Position numbers and translations under genes: made by a program. Of a DNA stretch of 64,000 bases, positions 36,908 to 45,664 are shown one piece after another; positions within the stretch are counted from its first letter, which is position 1; each line of letters begins with the position of its first letter. The DNA is from a virus. The stretch is taken from the IMG/VR virus record IMGVR_UViG_3300020471_000623, positions 18,085 to 82,084 of that record; one strand, given 5' to 3'. The notes under the pieces were generated by a model. That model was not told where the DNA came from, did no database searches, and saw only the letters and a list, made by a program, of their open reading frames with translations.

Positions 36908-38065
36908 ATGAGGTTTACAGAATTTTTAACAGAACAATCCGAGGAAGATAAACTCAAACATTTAGAACATGTTGAGGACCACGTCATCCATTCAGGACAT
37001 AAAGGTTTTGGACACGCATTTCATACATTAAATGACGTGCATAATAACCTACAAGGCAAAGGTGGCAAAGATACACAGGTAACAATGAAATATGATGGCA
37101 GTCCTGCCGTTGTATTTGGTAAGCATCCTGAAAATGGTAAGTTCTTTGTAGCATCTAAGTCAGCATTCAATAAAAATCCTAAGATAAATCATACACACGA
37201 AGATATACAAAAGAATCACGGACATGCTCCTGGACTTGTTCAGAAGTTAAGTGCAGCATTAGATCACGCACATAAAATAGAGCCTGATGGAATCTATCAG
37301 GCGGACATAATGCACGCAGGAGATGTTAAGAAGAAAGGCAACAGAGTAGAATTTACTCCTAACACTATTACATATCACGCACCACATGATTCAGATCATG
37401 GTAAAGCAGCAGCTAATTCTAAACTAGGATTAGCAGTTCATACAAAGTATGAAGGCAAAAATATAGCAGATTTAAAGGCTGTTCATGGTGCAGTAGATAT
37501 GAAAAACTTTAAACAACATAAAGACGTCCATATGATGGACGCTAATCACGATACAAGCACTCATAGATACTCTATGGAAGACAGACAAAAGGTGCAACAC
37601 CACTTGGACCAAGCAGTGGCACACTTCAAAAATACACCAAGAGAGCACCACGATACTGTGGCAAAACACGCAGTAGCAAAGAAAACATACATCAATCATA
37701 CTGTAAGAACAGGAGAACCTTATAGTCATGAAGGATTTGTAAAACATGTAACTGCTAGCCACCAAAAGAAAGTAGATAAAGTAAAAACAGACGCAGCTAA
37801 GGCTAGGCATCAAACTACAATGGATAACACATTAGATCATATAAATAAGAACAAAGAACACTTTGAAGGGCCTATGAACATGCACAAACACCTTCAAGCA
37901 GCAAAGAATATTATTACTAATACTTTGTCGCAGAAGTCACAGTATGGACATGAGATAGCAGGCTCTCCTAGTAAACCAGAAGGTTTTGTTGCCATACGAA
38001 ATGGCAGACCTTCTAAATTTGTAGATAGAAAAGAGTTTAGTGCAGCTAACTTTAATAAAGGATAA
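36908..38065 (+). CDS. His-rich DUF6267-like protein with ligase-type nucleotidyltransferase motifs; probable virion protein
   Basis: N-terminus MRFTEFLTE; KYDG, EGFVA and KFVDR motifs; 41 His in 385 aa. Confidence 0.7.
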   Translation: MRFTEFLTEQSEEDKLKHLEHVEDHVIHSGHKGFGHAFHTLNDVHNNLQGKGGKDTQVTMKYDGSPAVVFGKHPENGKFFVASKSAFNKNPKINHTHEDIQKNHGHAPGLVQKLSAALDHAHKIEPDGIYQADIMHAGDVKKKGNRVEFTPNTITYHAPHDSDHGKAAANSKLGLAVHTKYEGKNIADLKAVHGAVDMKNFKQHKDVHMMDANHDTSTHRYSMEDRQKVQHHLDQAVAHFKNTPREHHDTVAKHAVAKKTYINHTVRTGEPYSHEGFVKHVTASHQKKVDKVKTDAAKARHQTTMDNTLDHINKNKEHFEGPMNMHKHLQAAKNIITNTLSQKSQYGHEIAGSPSKPEGFVAIRNGRPSKFVDRKEFSAANFNKG

Positions 38066-38700
38066 TGGATATTAATATAGAAGTAACAGAAAATGCAATA
38101 GAGTATTTGAAGGGACTATTGGAAACAGTAGACATTCAAGACCCTAAAGGTCCTAAGACTAATATTAAAGTTTTTGTAGAAAACGGTGGGACTCCACATG
38201 CAGAAACAATGCTAACGTATTGTAAAGAGTCAGAGAAAGGCGATTCAGAGGTAATAAACTTTGAACCTTTTGATCTGTATGTAGATAAAAACAGTATAAA
38301 ATTTTTAGAAGACGCTAAAGTAGACCATAACAAGGATACTTTTGGAGGACAATTAACTATAAAGGCACCTAATTCTAAGGTATCTAAATTAGATGAAAAT
38401 TCTACTTTAGAAGAGAAAGTTAATTATTATCTGTTCAATGATGTAGCTCCTATGTTAGCACAACATGGTGGTAATGTAAGACTACATAAAATTACAGAAG
38501 ATAATATGGCAGTATTAGAATTTGGTGGGGGTTGTCAAGGGTGTAGTGCAGTAGATATGACACTTACTCATGGCATAGAACAAATAATTTTACAGAACGT
38601 TCCTGAGATAAAAGGCATAATGGATATGACAGATCATAGTCTAGCACAGAATGCTTATTATAAGGACGAATCTGAAGCACAAGCATACGGAGGCTTTTAA
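38065..38700 (+). CDS. nfuA: Fe/S biogenesis protein NfuA
   Basis: Degenerate A-type N-domain (GTPHAET..YC, GGQLTIKAPN) plus NifU domain HGG...GGCQGC, TDH..NAYY. Confidence 0.93.
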   Translation: MDINIEVTENAIEYLKGLLETVDIQDPKGPKTNIKVFVENGGTPHAETMLTYCKESEKGDSEVINFEPFDLYVDKNSIKFLEDAKVDHNKDTFGGQLTIKAPNSKVSKLDENSTLEEKVNYYLFNDVAPMLAQHGGNVRLHKITEDNMAVLEFGGGCQGCSAVDMTLTHGIEQIILQNVPEIKGIMDMTDHSLAQNAYYKDESEAQAYGGF

Positions 38701-38753
38701 TGCAAAAGAAATGCAAATGTTGTGAATGCTGTTCTTGCACTTGTTGCGGGTAA
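38700..38753 (+). CDS. 17-aa Cys-rich micropeptide (not in ORF track)
   Basis: MQKKCKCCECCSCTCCG; SD GGAGG and TAATG overlap with the nfuA stop. Confidence 0.6.
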   Translation: MQKKCKCCECCSCTCCG

Positions 38754-38757
38754 TTAA

Positions 38758-39624
38758 ATGGCAGACGAACAAGAAAAACATATAGTATTTTCATATGGAC
38801 GTATGAATCCGCCTACTGCTGGACATAGCAAAGTCGTAGATAAAGTTAAGTCACATGCAGAAAAAATAGGTGCTAATCATGCTGTCATTGTTAGTCATTC
38901 ACAAAACAGTAAAACAGACCCTTTACATCATGAGCACAAAAAAGAATATCTAAGACATATTCATCCAGATGTAAACTTTGAACATTCTACAAAAGAACAC
39001 CCACACTTCTTAGCACAACTTAAAAAGTTTAATCAAGAAGGACATTCACACGCAACTATGGTTGTAGGTAGTGATAGAGTAAAACAATTCAAGTCGTTGG
39101 CACATAAATACAACGGTAAAGAGTATAATTATAAAAAGATAAACATACTATCAGCAGGACACAGAGACCCAGATGCTGAGGGTGTTGCAGGTATAAGTGG
39201 AACAAAGATGCGTAATCATGCTAGTGGTAATGATTACAAATCATTTAAGGCAGGACTACATGCCAATCATAGTGATGAACATGCCAGAAAACTATTTAAA
39301 GCAACACGTCAAGGTATGAATCTACAGAAAGAAGAGGTAGGCATGAAAGACTTTAAAACATTCCTTGCAGAAGATATGTCAGGTATGACTGTCGGAGGCG
39401 GACATAAAAGAAGTGTCAAGCAAGGAGCTGGACTTACTAAGAAAGGTGTTGCTAAATATAGGCGACAAAATCCTGGTAGTAAATTACAAACAGCAGTTAC
39501 CACACCACCAAGTAAACTAAAACCTGGCAGTAAAGCTGCCAAAAGACGTAAATCGTTTTGCGCTAGAAGTAGAGGATGGACAGGTGAAAGAGGTAAAGCA
39601 GCAAGACGGAGGTGGAATTGTTAA
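38758..39624 (+). CDS. HIGH-superfamily nucleotidyltransferase (T4-like cytidyltransferase) fused to a basic DUF6321-like domain
   Basis: GRMNPPTAGH, VGSDR, SGTKMR; then MKDFKTFLAE and NPGSKLQTAVT..RRKSFCARS..RRRWNC. Confidence 0.8.
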   Translation: MADEQEKHIVFSYGRMNPPTAGHSKVVDKVKSHAEKIGANHAVIVSHSQNSKTDPLHHEHKKEYLRHIHPDVNFEHSTKEHPHFLAQLKKFNQEGHSHATMVVGSDRVKQFKSLAHKYNGKEYNYKKINILSAGHRDPDAEGVAGISGTKMRNHASGNDYKSFKAGLHANHSDEHARKLFKATRQGMNLQKEEVGMKDFKTFLAEDMSGMTVGGGHKRSVKQGAGLTKKGVAKYRRQNPGSKLQTAVTTPPSKLKPGSKAAKRRKSFCARSRGWTGERGKAARRRWNC

Positions 39625-39878
39625 TAGTTTATAGACTAATGTTGTCAGCAGTAACGGCAACATTTGGAACAGCATTTGCAAAGTGGTTTTTCACAACAAA
39701 GATAGGTATATGGGTTCAACAAAAATTTGAACAGTTCATGAATTACCTACAAGAAAAATACGACATTGAATTGGCAAAAAAGGAAGCAGCTTGGAGGAGA
39801 GATTATCCATTATTAGCACAACGTATTGATGGTTTAGAAGAGGATTTAGACGAGCTGTATAAAAAGGTAAATAAATGA
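39612..39878 (+). CDS. Small membrane-associated protein in the lysis region
   Basis: Hydrophobic N-terminus, coiled C-terminus; directly upstream of the spanin-like pair. Confidence 0.6.
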   Translation: MELLIVYRLMLSAVTATFGTAFAKWFFTTKIGIWVQQKFEQFMNYLQEKYDIELAKKEAAWRRDYPLLAQRIDGLEEDLDELYKKVNK

Positions 39879-40249
39879 GTAAAATTTTTATAGGAATAAT
39901 ATTTGCTATGCTTTTGGCATTCGGAGGTTATTATTGGATATCAGAAAAGAGAATAGCTACTCTAACTGAGAATAATGCTAAACTAACAATAGCAGCACAA
40001 ACTAATCAAGAAACAATTAATAAGCTGGAAGAGGACAATCAGGCTTATGAAGTAGCTAATAAAGAATTACAATTGAAGTATAGAGAGGCAGAAAAATATG
40101 GTGACGAACTGTCTAAAAAATTAAGAGAACATGATTTAACAAGATTGACTTTGCGTAAGCCTGGTCTAATTGAAAAGAGAGTAAACGATGCAACAAAGAA
40201 AGTATTTGAAGAACTTGAGTCTTCTACTGCTGTTCAGCCTGACAATTAG
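39875..40249 (+). CDS. i-spanin (Rz-like)
   Basis: N-terminal TM plus coiled coil; overlaps a lipoprotein gene. Confidence 0.7.
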   Translation: MSKIFIGIIFAMLLAFGGYYWISEKRIATLTENNAKLTIAAQTNQETINKLEEDNQAYEVANKELQLKYREAEKYGDELSKKLREHDLTRLTLRKPGLIEKRVNDATKKVFEELESSTAVQPDN

Positions 40250-40586
40250 TGGCTGTTCATTAATACCTAAGCAAGTAGAAGTTCAAACAAAATTTATAGA
40301 AAGAAAGATTCCTATTCAGGAACCACCTAAAGGACTTACACTTTACCCTGTTACATTCTATGCAGTAACAGAAGATAACTACAAAGAGTTCGAGGAAAAG
40401 TTTAAAGATAAGAATGAAAACCTAGTCTTTTTTGCGCTATCAGTGCCAGATTATGAGAATATGTCGTTAAATTTAGCAGAAATGAAAAGATATATAGATC
40501 AACAAAAAACTATCATTGTCTACTATGAGAAAAGTATAAATAATGAGTATAAAGCACAAATTGGCGTAGAAGAGGGTAATGAGTAA
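40188..40586 (+). CDS. o-spanin (Rz1-like) lipoprotein
   Basis: Lipobox ISGC, Pro-containing linker; start lies inside the preceding gene. Confidence 0.7.
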   Translation: MQQRKYLKNLSLLLLFSLTISGCSLIPKQVEVQTKFIERKIPIQEPPKGLTLYPVTFYAVTEDNYKEFEEKFKDKNENLVFFALSVPDYENMSLNLAEMKRYIDQQKTIIVYYEKSINNEYKAQIGVEEGNE

Positions 40587-43176
40587 AATCACACAAGTAT
40601 TCGAGGACTTAGCATCAGGTAGACCTATAAAGAAACCTGTAAAATCTAACCTGCTTAAGGCTAGAAAAGATGCTAACGAAAAGGCTTTGAAGTCAGGTTT
40701 TATGAAAATGCCTGATTATGCTAGAAAAAAGTTTGATGAGGAAAAGGAAGAAGAATACAAACCTCATTACATGTATAAAGGTGATAAAAAAGTTTACGCC
40801 AAGAAAAAAGAAGATCACGACAAATTAAACAAACAAGGTTACGATCACGACGACCCTAAAACTAAAAAGATAGAAGAAGGGAAGAAGAAAGGTTTGTGGG
40901 ATAACATACATGCTCGTAGGAAAAAAGGACTACCACCTAAAAAACCTGGGCAAGAAGGATATCCTAAAACTCTAAATATAGAAGAGAAAAAACCTAAGAA
41001 CTGTGGTTGTGGACAGGACCCTTGTATCACATACGGCAAAGGTGGTAAGATGGAAAAAGAACAAGTAAATGAAATTTCAGATGAAATGAAAATGAGATAC
41101 ATTTCTAAAGCTAACAAAGAAATTAGCTCAGCAGAAAAAGAAAGACTAGCAGGCAAAGGTCACGCTGTTAAAACAGATAAAGACTATGATAGATTAGTAT
41201 CCAAACCACTTAAAAGACGTAAAGGTGTTGTCCAAGCAAAAAGTAAATTAGGGGAAGAGAAAAAGAAAGGCCTAGACGGCAAAGAATGTTGGGACGGTTA
41301 TAAACTACAAGGAACTAAAAAGAAAGGTGGTAAGACTGTAGATAATTGTGTTAAGATAAAAGAAGAAATGTTATCTGAAATATCTAAAGATATGAAACTA
41401 AGATATATTTCTCAAGCAAACAAGAGTATATCTAAAGATGAACACATGAAAGATTATCTTCAAAGGCAAATGAATAGGAGTAATGCAAAGACTCCAGGCA
41501 CATTTAGTGGCATGAACAAAAAATTTGTTGATGACAAATACGACAAGGATATAAACAAAAGACGTAAAGGTGTAGCAAAGGCTAAGGCATCTCTACAAAA
41601 AGAATCTAGTTCTTGGGTTCAACAAACAGCAGATACTTGGAACGATCACGCAGATCACCCACATCCTAAAGTTAAAAAACATATTAAAGCAGCAGAGAAG
41701 GCATACAACAATCAAGACATGGAAGCTTTCCATCACCATACAAATAGAGCAGCAGATCACGCACATAGTTTAAAGAGAAATGAGGAAACTTTAGATGCTA
41801 TAAGAAACGAAGGCTATGGTCCTACTATCATGCAAACTCCTAAAGAAAGAGCTAAAACACAGCAGAAGGCAGGAATAGAGCTTGCAAAGAAAAAAGGAAT
41901 GAAGCCAAGACCTTTTATGGAAGCATGGTTTGATACTAATTCATGGCCTACACATAACAGACATAGACAAAGAACAGCAGCTAGGGTATCAGCAGATACT
42001 TTAAATAGTGATAGTGTAAGAGCTAAATTTAAAAAGATGCACCCTAGACAACAAGCGGCATACACCAAAAAAGTTAGAGACAACAACAATAAAAAGTATG
42101 GTTACCATCCTACAGTAGGACATCCTCAGAACAAAACAACACCATTACCTAAACACTTACATCACCCTAAGGTAGGACTAAACGATAGTATTCAAAGGGA
42201 TATTTACATGAGCCTTATGGAACTATCTCCTAAAACAATTAGTTCTTATCAGAAAAAAGCAGGTGCACAATATAGACAATTAAGAAAAGATACACCTAGC
42301 AGAGCATCAGCAGATGGTGGTTACTATAAAGGTTATATCTCAGATAAAGAATATGATTCTATAAACACAGCTAGAGACAAAATGAAAAGAAGAGGTAAAG
42401 GTCTTTCAATGTCAGCAGGCAAAGGTGTTAAGAAAGAATCTTTTGAAAACATATATGAATTAAAGAAGTCTACACTAGGTAGCTATGTTAAGAAGGCTAC
42501 AGGAGATGCTATATCTAGATCACATACATCTCAATATAACATTCAAAAAGGAATGTCTGCAAGAGATAAAGGACAGGAAAAGATAGCACAAAAACATTTT
42601 AAAAAATCTGAGAAAGAAAGTAAAAAAACAATGGATAGATTCCATGGTATTAATAGGGCAGCAAATAAACTAACTCCTGGAAAAGACAAAGACGAATACT
42701 TAGCAGATAAAAATAAAACTAAAATGGGTGCAAGTGAGAAAACATTTAAACAAATGCACTCAGGTAAAGTTAAAGCTACAAATGAAGAAAAAATGTCTGG
42801 TAGTGAATACACTTCTTATATGAAAAATGTAAAATCTACAGACAGACAAGTTAGAAAAGCAGTTACTAATGTTTTAGATAAAGCAACTAAAGGTAGAGGC
42901 GCTTCACTACACAATAAACACAAAGACCATCCTGAAGTAAAGGCAGCTCAAAAGTATATGACTGTTGAAAGTCTAAACAAACTTATAGGACAGACTGTAA
43001 GTAAAATTAGAGATGCTGCACAAGAATACAAAAAGAAACAAGATGCTAGTATGAAAGCAGGCAAAGGTATATATCAAAATCCTATGTCAGGCGACAACAT
43101 AGCAAAACGTTTAGGACCAGTAAAAAAAAAGGTAGCGATAAAAGGGTCTCAAATCAAGAACAAGTCAACGTATTAG
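40579..43176 (+). CDS. Large Lys-rich modular protein, probable head-internal protein
   Basis: Late promoter TATAAATA at 40535-40542; repeated E[IL]...Y..KA...R.[KH]G modules bounded by Glu. Confidence 0.75.
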   Translation: MSKITQVFEDLASGRPIKKPVKSNLLKARKDANEKALKSGFMKMPDYARKKFDEEKEEEYKPHYMYKGDKKVYAKKKEDHDKLNKQGYDHDDPKTKKIEEGKKKGLWDNIHARRKKGLPPKKPGQEGYPKTLNIEEKKPKNCGCGQDPCITYGKGGKMEKEQVNEISDEMKMRYISKANKEISSAEKERLAGKGHAVKTDKDYDRLVSKPLKRRKGVVQAKSKLGEEKKKGLDGKECWDGYKLQGTKKKGGKTVDNCVKIKEEMLSEISKDMKLRYISQANKSISKDEHMKDYLQRQMNRSNAKTPGTFSGMNKKFVDDKYDKDINKRRKGVAKAKASLQKESSSWVQQTADTWNDHADHPHPKVKKHIKAAEKAYNNQDMEAFHHHTNRAADHAHSLKRNEETLDAIRNEGYGPTIMQTPKERAKTQQKAGIELAKKKGMKPRPFMEAWFDTNSWPTHNRHRQRTAARVSADTLNSDSVRAKFKKMHPRQQAAYTKKVRDNNNKKYGYHPTVGHPQNKTTPLPKHLHHPKVGLNDSIQRDIYMSLMELSPKTISSYQKKAGAQYRQLRKDTPSRASADGGYYKGYISDKEYDSINTARDKMKRRGKGLSMSAGKGVKKESFENIYELKKSTLGSYVKKATGDAISRSHTSQYNIQKGMSARDKGQEKIAQKHFKKSEKESKKTMDRFHGINRAANKLTPGKDKDEYLADKNKTKMGASEKTFKQMHSGKVKATNEEKMSGSEYTSYMKNVKSTDRQVRKAVTNVLDKATKGRGASLHNKHKDHPEVKAAQKYMTVESLNKLIGQTVSKIRDAAQEYKKKQDASMKAGKGIYQNPMSGDNIAKRLGPVKKKVAIKGSQIKNKSTY
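41071..42670 (+). repeat. Four degenerate protein-level repeats in the 865-aa ORF
   Basis: EISDEMKMRYISKA (41071), EISKDMKLRYISQA (41377), ELSPKTISSYQKKA (42220), ELKKSTLGSYVKKA (42457). Confidence 0.75.
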
Positions 43177-43316
43177 AGGTTGCACCACCTAGTGCTAAGT
43201 CAGAGAGAATGGTTAAGCACATAAAGAAAGCATATTCAAAAGACGGCAAACTAACAGACAAAGAAAAGTCTATTGCCTACGCAACAGCATGGAAACATCA
43301 CAATGGCGATAAATAG
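43122..43316 (+). other. A9G slippery site and -1 frame extension of the 865-aa ORF
   Basis: A_AAA_AAG at 43125-43131; -1 frame open 43131-43316 encoding VLEVAPPSAKSERMVKHIKKAYSKDGKLTDKEKSIAYATAWK. Confidence 0.7.
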
Positions 43317-44691
43317 ACACGGAGTTCCTAAAGACGCCACAAAGGCAGAACTTAAAAAGATTCGTGCCACAGGCTCTCCTGGAGCTAAAAAACTAGCACA
43401 TTGGAAGTTAAACATGCATCACAATACAGAAGCAGTAGAAGATATCAAACAAAGATTACGAGCTAAAAGTAATCGTGTCAAAGATGCTTTGATGGTTAAA
43501 AAGATGCAAAAAGTAGCATTTCGCCATAGAACAGATGAACAAAAATTACCAATGATAAGTCCAGGACTAGAAATGCCTGATATGGTAAATGTAAAGAATA
43601 CAGTAAAGAAAAAGAAAGACGAAAAGTGGGCAGAAACAAAACAACACGAAAGACCTAGACAACCACAAACTATGGGAGAGGACGCTAGATATAAAGCATC
43701 AATGGGTCCTGGTAGTATGGAATGGGGAACTGATGTAGGAGATAATTACTACAGAAGTCTTACACCAGGACAAACTCCTACAGATAAAAAGGCACTACTT
43801 AAACCTTTACCTATTAAGGCGATCAAACCTGAAGATGTAAAAGCAAGACTTAGACAAAAGATAAGAGAAGATTTTGATATAGGTCATATTGAAGATAGAC
43901 AGGCAGATCATACTAAACATCAATATCCTATAGACAACGAAATAGATGCACAATGGAAGTCTAATATTGATGGTATTCTTACAGGAGCATATGAAGGCGG
44001 TAAGATAACAATGAAAGATGTTGAAGAACTAGATTACGAAGCAGAACATTATTCATTTGAAGACGCAGTAGAAGATGGATTATATGACCCTGATGAATTA
44101 ATGGCTATGGATTTTGATGGTGATGAGTATAATGATATAAACATAACAGAAGAAGTTCAATTATTCCTAGAAGCATTATCCGTTCAAGGAAGAATGAAAA
44201 GACGTTTTGCTGCTAGAAGAAACAGACAAAAATTAAGAGTAGCAAGACGTATAGCATTACGAAGAGGTTCTACACCAGACAGATTAAAACGTAGGGCTGT
44301 TCGTGGTGCAAGGCTTATGGTTTACAAACGTCTATTAAGAGGTAGGGATAGAGCAGGACTACCACCAGCAGAGAAGGCACGTTTAGAAAGAATGATAACA
44401 AGATTCCAACCACTTGTTAATCGTATATCTGTAAAACTACTTCCTCAGATGAGAAGAAACGAAATCAAACGTCTTACAAATAGAGGTAAAGGCCCACAAA
44501 GAGCTAAGAAATATAAAGCAGCTAAGCCAATTAAAGGAGCAGCTTCTTACAAAGCAAAAAGATATAAAATTAAGGCAAAACCATTTAAAGCTAAATATAA
44601 AGCTAAACCAGTGTCCAGAATTAAATCAGGAGGCCCGACACTTAAGAAGGCATCAAGAGCCTATAAGGCGTTCAGTTATTCAGTAGGATAA
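43303..44691 (+). CDS. Probable virion protein with acidic middle and Arg/Lys-rich C-terminus
   Basis: ATG 43303; LAHWKLNM, YRSLTPGQ, LEALSVQGRMKRR..., KAK-rich tail. Confidence 0.75.
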   Translation: MAINRHGVPKDATKAELKKIRATGSPGAKKLAHWKLNMHHNTEAVEDIKQRLRAKSNRVKDALMVKKMQKVAFRHRTDEQKLPMISPGLEMPDMVNVKNTVKKKKDEKWAETKQHERPRQPQTMGEDARYKASMGPGSMEWGTDVGDNYYRSLTPGQTPTDKKALLKPLPIKAIKPEDVKARLRQKIREDFDIGHIEDRQADHTKHQYPIDNEIDAQWKSNIDGILTGAYEGGKITMKDVEELDYEAEHYSFEDAVEDGLYDPDELMAMDFDGDEYNDINITEEVQLFLEALSVQGRMKRRFAARRNRQKLRVARRIALRRGSTPDRLKRRAVRGARLMVYKRLLRGRDRAGLPPAEKARLERMITRFQPLVNRISVKLLPQMRRNEIKRLTNRGKGPQRAKKYKAAKPIKGAASYKAKRYKIKAKPFKAKYKAKPVSRIKSGGPTLKKASRAYKAFSYSVG

Positions 44692-44695
44692 TATT

Positions 44696-45634
44696 ATGAA
44701 ACTAAATGACCGTTTTGATGAAATCAGGTCGTTATTCAATAACAAGACAATAGACCCTGTTAAAGAAGAGTGGCTAAAAAGACAGCTAAAAAACGATAAG
44801 AATCATCAATCACCTAACTACAATATCCAATTCAACGAAGTAATATCTACAAATCCTGATTACCTCGCTACAATAAAAACACCTCATGATCTAATTCCAT
44901 TTGGAGTATTGAAAAACTTTACAGGACCTGGCCCTATTCAAAACATATATGGTTGGGAACGATATGAGTGGTCATATCAAATGAATGAGTATAATCACAG
45001 AGACCCTTGGCGATTAGATAAACCTAAATTAGTAGGATTATTTGGCTCTAGTGATACCTTTGGTGCTGGTTGTAATATAACATATGGAGAAAGATTACAG
45101 GAAAAATTACCACCAGATTATGGTGTATGTAATTTTGCTACAGCAGGAGCAAACATTCTAGTCATGTTTAAAAAGTTTTTAGTGGTTACAAACATGATGA
45201 AATTTGATACTATAATATTATCTTTTCCTGAGGCAAAGTTAATAAGTATGCGAGATCAAGGTTTTATGGCATTGGGAGCATTAACACAGGTATTACCTCA
45301 CACACCTGAATGGTTACAATTATTAAGTAATTTATCACAACCTGATTATGAAGAACTACATGAAGAGATAAAACAAGGTAAAGAAGGCATACCTCTTACA
45401 GTATTTCTAATGAAATATGTAGATTATATGATAGATATAGCAGTAAAGAGTAAAGCAAAGGTTGTTATAAGTGGTTGGGATAGAAACTTATACTTCACAA
45501 TTAAAGAAAAATACCCTGAAATCACTGCAGAACGCTGGGAATGGTTCGATAAAGCAGAATATGACAAAGCTCATCCAGGACAAGGTTCCCACGACAAATA
45601 TGCTAATGACCTTTATAAGCAGATGAAAGTCTAA
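44696..45634 (+). CDS. SGNH/GDSL hydrolase-like protein
   Basis: FGSSDTFG, NFATAGA, C-terminal D..HPG..H. Confidence 0.65.
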   Translation: MKLNDRFDEIRSLFNNKTIDPVKEEWLKRQLKNDKNHQSPNYNIQFNEVISTNPDYLATIKTPHDLIPFGVLKNFTGPGPIQNIYGWERYEWSYQMNEYNHRDPWRLDKPKLVGLFGSSDTFGAGCNITYGERLQEKLPPDYGVCNFATAGANILVMFKKFLVVTNMMKFDTIILSFPEAKLISMRDQGFMALGALTQVLPHTPEWLQLLSNLSQPDYEELHEEIKQGKEGIPLTVFLMKYVDYMIDIAVKSKAKVVISGWDRNLYFTIKEKYPEITAERWEWFDKAEYDKAHPGQGSHDKYANDLYKQMKV

Positions 45635-45664
45635 TTTGTATAAATACATGTAATAGGAAGAAGT

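Noticed and set aside
43273-43302. TTG start given for the 472-aa ORF
   Set aside because: Lies inside the -1 frame module; ATG 43303 is the more plausible start.
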